NCBI RefSeq assembly: GCF_000143415.4
Contig: NW_003314271.1
Location: forward strand, 947,150-1,011,149
Length of the DNA stretch: 64,000 nucleotides
Origin: Selaginella moellendorffii
Taxonomy: Eukaryota > Plantae > Lycopodiophyta
Reading direction: 5' to 3'
A program made the translations under genes and the position numbers. The notes beneath the pieces are model-generated. The model did no database searches and was not told where the DNA came from. It was given only the letters and a program-made list of their open reading frames with translations. Position 1 is the stretch's first letter. Each line of letters opens with the position of its first letter. Shown in pieces: positions 50,789 through 62,857 of the stretch.

Positions 50789-53700
50789 ATGGCCTTCAGG
50801 GTTGGGGAAAAGGTTTACATTTTGAATGGTGGGAAGAGTGTTGCAAAAGGGACCCTTGTGTCTATGGATCGGAACTTTGTTATACACTATCAAAGGCTTG
50901 GGGAAGGCAATGCTGCTGTATCAGTAGAGACTGTCTTCGATGGGAATGTGGTCGCTATTGAACGAGGAGAGATGGTCGTCGGGGTAAATGTTGTTGTTGC
51001 CTTGAAAAATCTGGAGAAGAAAGCAGATGTTGGGGACAACGCAAGTGCGACGCATGTTCCCTCCGTGGATCTTAAGAAGCATGCTACATGGATTTAGGCA
51101 AAGGTGTTTCTAAACAACCCCGAGGGGGAGGTGGTAGCTGAGGGCTTAGCCACAGTTGTCGATCCAAGAGATGCGGTTGCTAATCAAGAATTGGGCTGGG
51201 ATGATATTGGAGTTGCGATTTTAGAGGTTGTTGACACAGAAGAAAACAGTCTGACTATTGGAAGCATTGTGCGGTGGAAATTGAGGCATTTAGTGTTTGA
51301 GAATGTGAAGGATTCACAATCAAACACCACTACAACTGATGACAGAACATCTCTTCATGGGAAAAGAAAGTACACCTTCCTACAGTGCAGCCAAAGGGAT
51401 CTGAGCAACGAACCGAAAAGGCAGAAAATGGCGATGGAGGTTCGAATGGTCTCGATAGTTGCTTGTTGCAAGAGGAGGTGCTGTCAACATGCTGATTGGG
51501 ATGCTATTGAAGAGGAGAGAGCAAGATACAAGACATTGTCCTGGAAGGCAGCTCACAATTTTGTGTATGAGGCATTACGGTCATCTGTTGATGCTTCAGA
51601 ACATCAGGTGGGGGGCATAGTCTTCCAGAGGGGTTTGGTCTGCATGAAGGCATGGAGAATCATTTATGGAGTCCCTCGAAGCATATTCTACAGAATCAAA
51701 ACTGAGTTCGAGGAACAAAGGGTTCAACAGGCAGTCCATGGGAACGACGGTACGCACAAAACCAGGGGTCATGTTGTATATGGAGAGGCAATCTTCAAGA
51801 GGTTTGTCGAGACATGTAGCGAGCAGCAACCACATAAAACCCGCCTCTTGGAAGATGGAACACGAGACACCCAACGAGTTCTCCCTTCCATGTATACCAA
51901 GGGGGCCATATTGGAAGATGTGAATCGGGAACTCCAGAGTAATGGCTACAGGAAGCTGAGCCAATCTAGATTTAGTAGATTGTGGAGCAACAGGTTCAGG
52001 GATGTGTGTATAGGAAAGTACTCCAACTTTTCAAAGTGTGACGAGTGCACTGCTATCAAAATGGCTTTGTCGAAGAATTCTTGCAGCGCTCAAGAGCGAG
52101 AGATGTTGGTTAGAAGGCAGCTCGACCACAACATCGAGCAGAGAAGCTGCAGGACTGCATATTATCATAACAGGATTCTCTCCATGGAGAGACCTGACTC
52201 TTACCTCTGCATCATCCACGACAAAATGGACCAGAAAAAGACGTGCTTACCTCGACTCAATCCTGCCCCCAAGGCAATCTCTTCATCCATGCAGCTGCCT
52301 GTGTCTCTGTTTGGCATAATCGCTCATGGGCATGGTGCCCAGAATTATGGGAACTTCTTTGTACCTCTATGGGGTGGTGGGGGTGCAAACATGATGATTG
52401 CGTCCCTAGCAAAACACTTAAGGTCTCTGCAAAGTGCGCAGACTGAGCTGAACGGCCAACCCTTGCATAGGCCCTTGTCGATCGAACCCCATACAGGGTT
52501 CAGCTGGAGGAGGAGCAAAGGCTTGCAGTATCGCGTGGGGCCCCATGCCATCCCAGTGAATATGTTGGCCGTCAGATTGTAGGGTTATCACGTGAGGCCT
52601 CATGCCATTCCGACGAGGCTGGTCGCCCGGTGAATGCACAGCCTCATCCAAACGAAGTAGAATCTCAAGGAAGTTCTTGCGGCCGATGTGGCCTTCCACC
52701 CCATCTTCTGCTCCAAACAGACAATGCTGGCAGTGAGAACAAAAACATGTACGTCTTCGCGTACTTGGCGATACTTGTTGCCAAAGGCATATTTGAAACG
52801 GTTACACTTGGCTTTCTCATGGTTGGGCACACTCATGAAGACGTCGATGCCATGTTCAGTCACCTGGCAGAGTCACTCCGGCGATCCAATGTCCTCACCC
52901 TCCCACAACTCTACGATGAATTCCAAAATTGCATCAAAGGCACTGTTGAAGCTGCACTTGTGACAGAGGTTCCAGACTTTAAGGGGTTTGTAAGAGGCTA
53001 CATCAGGGACGGATCCGAAACGCTAATTGGCCACTCCAAGCCTCTTCAGTTTCATTTCAGCATGCGTGACGGTGCTCCAGTGATGAGGTACAAGATGAGA
53101 GAATGGGACACAGTGTGGCTGCCAGTGGATGGTATTGAACTCTTCAAGAGAGATCCCATAACTGGGGAACCTATGATTCCTAAGGGTTCCCCACGGCCGA
53201 TGCACCCGGATGGACTCAAAGACCAGGAAAGTATAGTGGCCGGGATTAGACAGCATATTGCCTTCTGGAAGAGGGGGTTGGTGTTTGGTGGAGAATCCTA
53301 TTTTAAGAGGTGCAAGCCTTTTCTCGAATACTGGGAGAAGATTATATCTGCTATCCAAAATGGGCCGGTTGTATATGAAGAANNNNNNNNNNNNNNNNNN
53401 NNNNNNNNNNNNNNNNNNNNNNNNNNNNNNNNNNNNNNNNNNNNNNNNNNNNNNNNNNNNNNNNNNNNNNNNNNNNNNNNNNNNNNNNNNNNNNNNNAGA
53501 AGCCGGATTCAGCATTCAATCCAGTACAGGTCTGCAAAGGAATGGTCGTGCTTGTCAGACCCAGTAATAAAAAAAAAATGATATGGGTGGGGCGCTGCAT
53601 CACTGATGTAGAGGAGGATGCGGAAACTAACTCCTTCAATGTAACTGTGGAGTGGTTCAAGCCAAGTTCCGGATANNNNNNNNNNNNNNNNNNNNNNNNN

Positions 53701-53937
53701 NNNNNNNNNNNNNNNNNNNNNNNNNNNNNNNNNNNNNNNNNNNNNNNNNNNNNNNNNNNNNNNNNNNNNNNNNNNGGAAGCAGAGTGCCACCATCACCTT
53801 GCTAGACCATGCAAGAGATGCAGCAAGAGCATTCATAACCCGGGTTCAAGGTGAGATTCATTAATATTCCTTTACTAAGTTTCTAATGTATTTTATTTCA
53901 AGGTGAACAATCCGAATCTAAATCAGAGGAGGCGTGA
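50789..53937 (+). pseudogene. Sola-like DDD transposase with accessory domains (one stop, one frameshift, two N gaps)
   Basis: KCDEC..H zinc-like motif, CIIHDKMDQKK (D1), LLLQTDNAGSENKN (D2) and FLMVGHTHEDVDAMFS (D3). In-frame TAG at 51095-51097 and frameshift near 52470-52490. Probable short last exon ending TGA at 53937. Confidence 0.85.
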
Positions 53938-55741
53938 TGGCATGTGGCCCTTTGCACTAGCATATCTTAATACCGGTCTGAGAAATAGAATGGCATGTGC
54001 CCTCAGGCCTTTTACTAAATCACCTTTGAAAGAAATGCAAGCCTCTATGTCGTAAAAAAAAGGTACTAGAGAAATTCCTTAATAATATGAATGTTATTTA
54101 GTTTCATGAAAATACACTAAGGGTCAAATGAGTTAAATGACTTCTCCAGACTAGCAATGCCTCTTGCTACACCTTCACAATTAGATTCGTTAGAAAAAGA
54201 TAACATTGAATAATATCTAAATGTTCTCACCATTAAGTTATATGTCTGGCTAATAGGAATGATGTTCATCTTGGAAAGCTCACCACACGCTCAATGAACA
54301 AACAAATAGTGTGTGCGCGCATGCCATCGCTCTTCTTTAGCTTCAGATTCGGCTTGTTCACCTTGACAATGAGATTTATTATACAACCAGATGGACTCAG
54401 TCTGGACACAAAGTCACCGCGCTAGTCACCATGCCCCAGATATGTTTAGCCCCTGGACAAAAAACATATAATTTCACGTCATTTTCAAATACTTGAAAAT
54501 TTGTACCTAGTCCCATTTTACTGAATAAATCCCACTTTAACGAAATAGAGCTTAATATGGAATGTCTCTAGATTGTGAATTTGGATACAGGACCAACACC
54601 ATTGTGGTCAAGACAATCTTTATATTCCGTAGATATGCCAAATAAGTAGATCTAAACACTTTCTATAAATAGTATTTAGAACCAAATAGTACTAACACAA
54701 GATGTATGATAGCGAGAGTGTTTGGCAAACACAATAAGCTATCATCTGACGAATATTGAAGGACTAAACTCAATATTGCAAGGGTTCCCAACACTAACAA
54801 GTGCAAGTCAATGAATGAGTTTCTCTAATCAAGTCAAGTATGTTTGACTAATAGCACTTAGGAATTCCGTCTTGATGCTCATCTAACTAGTCAAGTGCAC
54901 ACACAAAAATTAGTTTCTCAACTATTTTAGGTGGAGACTGAAAAAAAGGGTCTAGCAATACCAACCTTTTGCCATCATAGTAGTAAGGAAAGAATATCCA
55001 AAAGGATTAATTGACAGGTAACTTTTGATACCCAAAGTCACATTTGTGATAGTCCACATCATAACTTAGAAAATGAGAAAGTTTAGAAATTAGATAAAAA
55101 TATAATATACCTACTCGCCTTTTCAAGCTTACTTTGAATGCCCCTAATATCGATGCCAATAGGATCCATGATACATTCGGAGGAGAATGACTTGAAATAA
55201 ACTTCTACTACACACATCATAAGTTCATACATCCAGTTGGGGTCATTTAGTAGGATAAAAATGACATAGCCAACTTCAAATAGAAATGTTTATGACAAGA
55301 AGAATATGTCACAAGGTGGTCAAGTGTGAGAAAGTTTCTAGTCCTCAACTTTCCCATCAATATTTAAAGACTATTTGCAAAGTCGAAGAGAATAAAGTTT
55401 GTAAGGGCTTTTATATTGTTCAACATTAATGGTTGAACTAATGTTATATTTCTATGTTTATGTCGTCTTTTATGAAAGATGTCAACAATCTACTATAAAA
55501 GCTAATGAAGACACTATAAGTAACCAAAGGGAACAATTTGAGAAACGATCCATGGGGTTCAAATATAGAGAGAAAGGGCTTATGAACAAGAGTGCACCCC
55601 TTTTTCCAAGGGTGACATCTCGGGAAGTCCAAATTCAGGAGCTTACATTTAGTATTGATCTCAAGTCCGACTCTATTGGTTGGCTAAGGGAATCACACCA
55701 AATGTTGATTAACATCTGGCTGATCCAATTTGCTCCTACTG

Positions 55742-55890
55742 GGCTCGACCCGAGGGGTAGGGTGTCAAAAGAGCAGGGCTCTCGGGAGAGCTGTGGCTCT
55801 TAGCTTCCGTAAACTGGACCAGCCAGACTCCACCCGAGGGGTAGGGTGTCAAAAGAGTGGGGCTCTCGGGAGAGCTGTGGCTTTTAGCTT
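55742..55890 (+). repeat. Two ~65-bp direct repeats within a GC-rich insert in repeat B
   Basis: ACCCGAGGGGTAGGGTGTCAAAAGAG..GGGCTCTCGGGAGAGCTGTGGCT.TTAGCTT occurs twice. Confidence 0.85.
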
Positions 55891-58800
55891 TTGTTCACGA
55901 GGGCGTGAACTTTCAGGGAAGCATGGTGTTATTGGGAAAACAAGACGAACCTATAGAAGAGTCATATGAATAAAAAAAGGTACCATCATATGATCGTTTG
56001 GTAGTGAAATTAGAGCTTGATCCTGATTATCAGATGGTGGAATATGAGTTTGATTCGAAGCTTTCTTATCCTCATCTCCATTGTCACTTGCATTGTCATT
56101 GAATTTGAACTTCCCATGAGGTCATCTAGCCTAGTATTATTTAAACCCAAAGATGTTTAACCCCAAATAACCCAAGACCTTTAACCAATTGGAAAAAAAT
56201 GGTGCATTTTTATTTATGAATATTTTCTTATTATATTTGAATCTTTATAGACCTTTTATATTCTCTTTAGCTGCTTATAATCCACCACGCTTCCTTACAA
56301 ATTCACACCTTCATGAGAAGTTGAGAACTGCAACTCTCCCCAAGAGCCGCACTCTTTAATACTAAATATCCCAAGACCCTACTCACAATTTGCGTGATAT
56401 AGATAACCCCCCTTATCATATTCTCAAATACTTCTAACAGTCTTTTCTCTCTATTCATCAAGTAGATATTGAGGAACTTTAGAATTTCTATCTGTTTTTT
56501 ATATAAAAATCAATTTTGTGATATTGTAAATCATATCATCTAGAGTTTTATTCACTACAAAAGTAATATGTGTAATTGAGAAAAATGAAGCATGCAATAA
56601 AAAATTTATATTTGTGAGTATAAAGTTTAGCTATACTCTCTAGCTACTCCTTCGACCTATAATTGCATACTAATTTCTTCAATTTTGAAGATTTTATATA
56701 TTGAATTTTATACTCAATTTGTAAAAACTCAGCCAAGAGCTCTTCCTAACTTTTCTCCAGATACACAAGTTCATATGCATCTTGCTTGATCTTTACTAAA
56801 GGATAGAAACCAAAAAAATAAAAATAATCCTTTATAAAGTGAAGGAAAGATATATCTTACAACACACCATAAGCAGAAAATTTGATTGGGTTGTTGAACC
56901 AAATCATACTATCATTTCAAGTCTATGAGTGTTGAACAAGTGTTGCAAGATCATCACAATAATATTGTCAAATATCATCCTCACTTAACTCTATAAAAAA
57001 CTGGAGTTATTTGATGTCATGGACAAAGTTCTACTTTTGGATAGAAAATTATCTAAGTTTACATTCAAACATAACAAAGTAAGTGAAAGTGGAGTTGAAG
57101 GCAAAATTTTAGCAAAGCATAAGTATGCAATGTCCTTTGAATGTCAATAGACTTATCTTGGTGTGCCAAAAGATTAATGCATAAGTTACTGTCGATAATT
57201 TGGAATATTATCCCTGCAAGCTATCAAATCTCATGATGGTTAATAAGTATGTTATTGAATTCAAAGGACTTCTTCCTCTAAATAGAATCCTTGCATTTCA
57301 TGATCTCAGAGTGTGACAATAACAATCTCTATTATTCTTAGCTTGCAAAAAGCATATTACTACCCTTGGTGACTTGAAGTTCCTTTTAAAAGTGTTTGAA
57401 TTAGTATTTGGATATTTAATGAAATATCTAAATAATCAGGTGCTAAAAGACTAATATTTGTGTCTACGAATATAGATGCATTCAACTTAAGACAATACAA
57501 AATAGTGTTAGGAAAATATTTATTGATATGATATATTTGAATGAAATGTAGATCAGATTTAGTTATAAAACTTACAAATATCTTATTAAAAAACTAAAAA
57601 ATATTTATAAATTTTTATTTATTAGTTTATTAAGTTATATGTTAACTATTTATATATGACTTTTTTATTTGGTTAATATAAACTGAGGATTTTTGTTTTG
57701 TGCCTTGTAGCAATTGCCTAATATGTGTTTACATATTAAATTGTATTTTACACCACTTACTGAGTTTTAAATGTATTTTATAAAATATAGAAGATAAAAA
57801 ATAATACTAAAATTTAATTTAACTCAATGAATTTTAGAATTAAATGAAATTAGGTGGGAAACTTAATAAAAGGAAAGTTTATTTATAAGTATTTTTAAGC
57901 TATAGTTTATACAAATTGAGTTTATACAAATGAAAAAATTTAATACAAAAATAATATATTGTCCTGTCCAACCTTTAGCATCAATATCCATAAATTCGGG
58001 TTAATTGTTCATCAATTTTTAATTTAGTTAGGACTTCTATTCTTTTTCTTCCTCACTATTTTGCTTGTAATCAAATTCTATTATAATTGATTTTTTGTCA
58101 TAAATGATGCAGATTTGGACTCTTGCTCTTCATTACAAATATATTCTTCAACCACAAAAAGATTCTCCAGGCTTGTTGCAAAACCAACTGCTGGAGTCAT
58201 TCCACTGCATATCCAGCCGACACTGAAGCTATCTCGACCTGGAGCACATCTCCATGGCGGTTCCCTTCATGACCTCTGCACTAACATCATCCAAAGAATG
58301 TCTACACACTCCCGTACGTTTCGTATTTGGCGACTGACTGGGGAAAGCACATCCCAAGTGCGCAGATACTAAGAGATTCAGTGTTGATGGTGTGCAACTC
58401 TCAAGGGGCGAATGAGTCTCAATCCCAAGTGATTGAAGGTCCAAAGTCAAAGATTCTGAGGTAGCATCGATGTTCAAGCTCCGAGGCAATGGTATGAAAG
58501 AAAGACAATAAGCACAGAAAGGCATCACACAAATTTTCCCGTGTCTCATCCATCCTTGAAGCAGCCCGTCATAGGCAGTCGATTGACAAGCCGAAAGGAC
58601 CAAGCGACTTGGCCAACTGTCAACGAGAACCAACCGCCATGAAACTTTCCAACGCCAGAGAGACCAAGCGCTTTGGCCATCCCCAGTGAAAGATTGTTAA
58701 CGACAGGCCACAACTAGACGAACGAGACCACGGAACAAGAAAACATAGAAAGCAGTTCAAATGTAACAGTTATGACAGAAAGCAAGGAAATGCAGATTAA

Positions 58801-59957
58801 CATTCTCAGCGATTTGAGACAAAGAATGCACCTCAGAACTGTGACGATCGGAAACCTCAAGAGACAGGGGAGAGAGAAGCATTACGTACCACAGGATCGT
58901 GCCCCTCAACAAGCTGTCTCCGCATCGCGAATGGGACAGAACTTATCCCAGGAGACAGTGTCCTGCTCCCGAATCAGGTTCGGGCCTGTGAGTAACAAAA
59001 TAGTTCTCGCAAAGACACTCACAGCATTAAAAGAATAGAAACGAAACGTGAACTGTACCAGTCAAAAGAAATACCGTTTGAGATGAACTCCATTGATTGG
59101 CTTCGGTGGTTTCCTGCCCGTCAACTCTGCTAGCCAATACGAATTAGTGCCAGCACGAGAAAGTACCTGATAAGGACCAATCCAAGAAGGCTGGAACTTG
59201 GCAAAGTGATGCACAGCCGTATCAAGTCGCCACACAGGACGAATTTACGAATATAAGACTGAAAGCGCTGGTTAAACTGCCGCAGCGGTTCTGGTGGTTG
59301 TTGTCCAATGAGATCAAGCTCGTCCTTGCTCTCCAGAACTTCAAACCTCGTCACAAAAAGTTTGGTCAGTGAGTCGAGAAGTCAAGAAAGAAAGACCTAA
59401 CACTTTCCTTTCATCAATGTGTCCAGGGATGATAGCCACTGTGTGCGCATCCAAAGCTCTCGAATTCTGCCCAAGCACTGCTGTCCCAGCCATCGTTTTG
59501 GGTTTTCTCAGTCCAGGACATCACACCCTCCCCCCAGGGGCATCCTGGATGCATGCGAAGCAGAATTTCCTCTCTTCCTACCAAGAAGGACACGACCCCA
59601 AATCACGAACGATCCCCACATCATGACCCATACCTCCCAACCTTGAGCTCGTTCCCGGCGGTAGCAGAAAAGCGACCAGGTGATGCACCAAATGCCTCAT
59701 TTCTTGAAAATGGGGTACAAAAGGAATGCCTGCCCTAAACTCTTTCTCTCTCTAGTACACTCCTTCGTACGTTCTAGAAAGCCAACCAGTCCATAGTTGT
59801 GGGAACACTGCTGTTTAGCTGGTACCTCCGTTTGCTGATGGTAGCAACTGCCATTTCCTACGCTGTTCTTGGGAGTAAAGCTCGATACACTATTAGTACC
59901 ACTCAATGGAATGAACACGATGATAGCTGATCAATCCAAGGAAACTCTGCATCAACA

Positions 59958-61018
59958 TCACTTCGAATTATAGTTAGCGAAGAGATAGCGGATTATGTCA
60001 AGAGACTCTGCCATTTGTATGCCGGTGTTGGGATCAACCAGATATGGAACCTGTTCTTGACAATGATAATGAAGGGAAAAAATAGACCAAAAGGTTACCT
60101 GTGTTGAACCCGAGATTTGCTTGAGCTTGGAGCAATTAAGTGACCCTTTTCTAGAGGATGTAAGGAAGTTCCAGGTCGCACAGGGCTTCTCTTAGCAACC
60201 TTGCAAACTACCAAAAACTTTTAGAATTCTTTGAAAACAAAGCACTTTACATGGTTGTTCGAGTAGAGCTCAAGTAGCTTCTGTGGAGGATTTGGCAATG
60301 CTCCATTCCACAGTGACATGCCTCCCCCTGCTCGTATTATTTTCGGCACCCAGCCAGTGACTAAAGTGCTGGAACACACTATGATGAAATACCGAAGAGT
60401 TTACACTTCAATAAAACTTCTTACCTTTCTAAAATCCCAAATGTTGGCTTGCTTCTCTCACCATATTCCTGGAACAAGTAGTTGACAATATCGGCTGCCA
60501 GAGGCATTCATGCAAGCTGATTGTGATGGAAAGAAAACGAGAAAGTTACTCACAACTCTCATACATTGACGTGCCGGTGTTTGGATCCAAGAGAAATGGA
60601 AACCTGTCATATTCGATGAGAATTTGTTACAGATAAGAGTGTATCACTTACTGCTCTTTGCCTCCAGATGATTTCACAAACGCACGTTGGACTCGAGATC
60701 CTTTGGGGCACGGATACAACTACACAAAAATTGAAAAAGTTTCCATCTGCAACTTCCACGAGGCACTACCTCGGCAGAAAGATTGTGCTTCTCTCACTCG
60801 TCTACAGAAGGGACAGGCCTCCATATACAAACAAGAAAAATCAACAAACAACTGCAATACGAGAGTTTAAGCTTACTGAATTCGTAGAGCTTGAAGAGCT
60901 CAAGTTGAAGATACGATCTGTGTCTTGACGTTCTCTCCCAAGGCGGCCTTGCCAAGCTTGCAATTCCCCAAGACAGAAGCTGTTTGATGGCAGAAAAAAA
61001 AGATAATTACATACCCAT
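59958..61018 (-). pseudogene. Inverted 5'-truncated copy 4 of the GST-N/Trx gene
   Basis: Reverse complement of unit A with the same 5' breakpoint. Shares deletions with copy 3. Confidence 0.9.
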
Positions 61019-61020
61019 AT

Positions 61021-61210
61021 GCCAGTAAAAAAGCTTGAATTCCACATACCTCAGATATAGTGGGAACCAATTCACAAGGTGTGATTCCTCAAGAAATTTG
61101 CAGCTGGATTATGATCCTGTCTTTTGCATACAACAGGCTCATTCTCTCCAGATTGAAAATTCTTCATGATCAGTCTCTTAACTCAACAAGTTCCATGGCA
61201 GGATCCTTTA
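61021..61210 (+). pseudogene. Short degenerate LRR fragment
   Basis: Pieces SGNQFT..GVIPQEIC, LSFAYNRL and NKFHGRI across frameshifts. Confidence 0.5.
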
Positions 61211-62857
61211 ATGTTTGATTAATTGATTGATTTATTTATTTAATACTTGTTTTTTATTTTCCTTTAATGTTTGGAATGGTTCCAACCACTTATTTGGTTT
61301 TCCATTGGGATTCCAAGGGAACCTTTCCATTGCCTCCTTGTGGATATGGGACCAAAGATCACTTTGAGTACTTTGCAAGTCATATCAAAAGCTAAGAATT
61401 TGCATTTGGCTGTTTGTGGCAGCAATCAAGGTGTGTGTGGTATTGGTTACATTTCAGGAATCATGTTTTGATCAGTAAGACACAAATCCCTAAGCACTAA
61501 AATAGAGTTGAAAGTGTGTCATATGACAATGGATAAAGCGGAAGTTCAACTAATGTAATACATTTGAACTAAAAGTTCCAATTCAGAAAGTTGAGAATGG
61601 GAGTGGAACTCCTAAAGAAGTGTTTGAGGAACAAATACAAAGTGATCGATGAAGCAAGTCTTTAAAACAAGATACAAAAAGAACTAACACATGGCAAATG
61701 TTATAAGACATAGAAGTGTCAAAACCAAGTTTGAGACCTAGTTTGAGATTGAGTTTAGAACTGATTTCAAGTTTGATACCATGTCTGAGATCGAGTCCAA
61801 GATCAAGTCTGAGAAATGGAGGTCGAAACTAGGTTTGAGAGGGAGTCCAAGTTCAAATTCAAATTCGAGACTGAGACTGAAATTAAGACCAAGATTGAGG
61901 CTAAGACTAAAACTGAGACTAAGGCCAAAACTAAATCCAAGGGTGAAAGCTTAAAGAAATTGTCTCCAGACCCTAAGGGGTTTATTAAATCCCTACAAAG
62001 TGGAATTAGTGAGGCTAAAAAAGGTTAGTATGACCAAGGAAGATTACATTTATGTGGTGGAAGATGATATAATTACTAAAGAGTCTAATGCTAGATAAAT
62101 AGGGTTATTTGATGAAGTATTTAATAGCTATGAGAGATTGAATGATCAATGTTCCCAATTCAACTATGAGTGGCACTGCCTTGCATGGATCATCAGAACC
62201 TTGCTCTAGCCACATGGTTAAGGCATTCTAGTGGCAAAAGTTGGGGGAATACCTATGAGACTTACATTGAGTTGCAATGTTTCGAACTATCATCCCAAAG
62301 TTTTAAACTATGGAAAGCAAAAGGAATAATCCTTTTGTTTAGTGACCAAGGGTATGGTTACATGGTGAAGAAGTATCAAAGGTTAGTAAAATTTAGTGGA
62401 TATGCATTCAAGCCCTAAATTAATACTGATGGTGGTGAGCACTACTATGAATAGTGAGTATAGTATATATGGTTTTCACAATTTATTCTATGGTGATTTA
62501 CCATAAGATAACCACAAAGTAGAATCTATCCCTTTATATGCCACATGCCACATGTTTGGGGACAATGGACTGGAACTTGAGTTTTAGGGCTTTGGGCCAC
62601 TAAAGGAAGGGATAAAGCTCAACTCTTAAACTTGCAGCTAAAGAGTGAAAGAACTAGAGCACAGAACGACTCTTAAACATTTAGCCTAAAGAGAAAAAGG
62701 ATAAGAACACAGAGTGACATTGGAACAATCTTAGAGCTTATAGCATCCTAATACCAAGACCAGCATATAAAATGGAGCTAAACAAAGTTTGGTGCTATTT
62801 CAGTATACTGATGGCTTAACACGAGGATATAGGTACTCCATCAGCTAACATGGTATT

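Larger units (their letters stand above)
42226..54553 (+). mobile_element. 12.3-kb TIR DNA transposon with Sola-like DDD transposase and divergent cargo gene
   Basis: Perfect 24-bp TIRs AAGCTCTATTTCGTTAAAGTGGGA. AATAT duplicated at 42221-42225 and 54554-54558. The empty site (C/T)TAAATATGGAATG is present in paralogous repeats near 20475 and 36961. Confidence 0.93.

Noticed and set aside
42612-54327. Palindromic repeats as a CRISPR-like array
   Set aside because: Spacing is irregular (tens to thousands of bp), copies lie in introns and coding DNA, there are no cas genes, and the context is eukaryotic.
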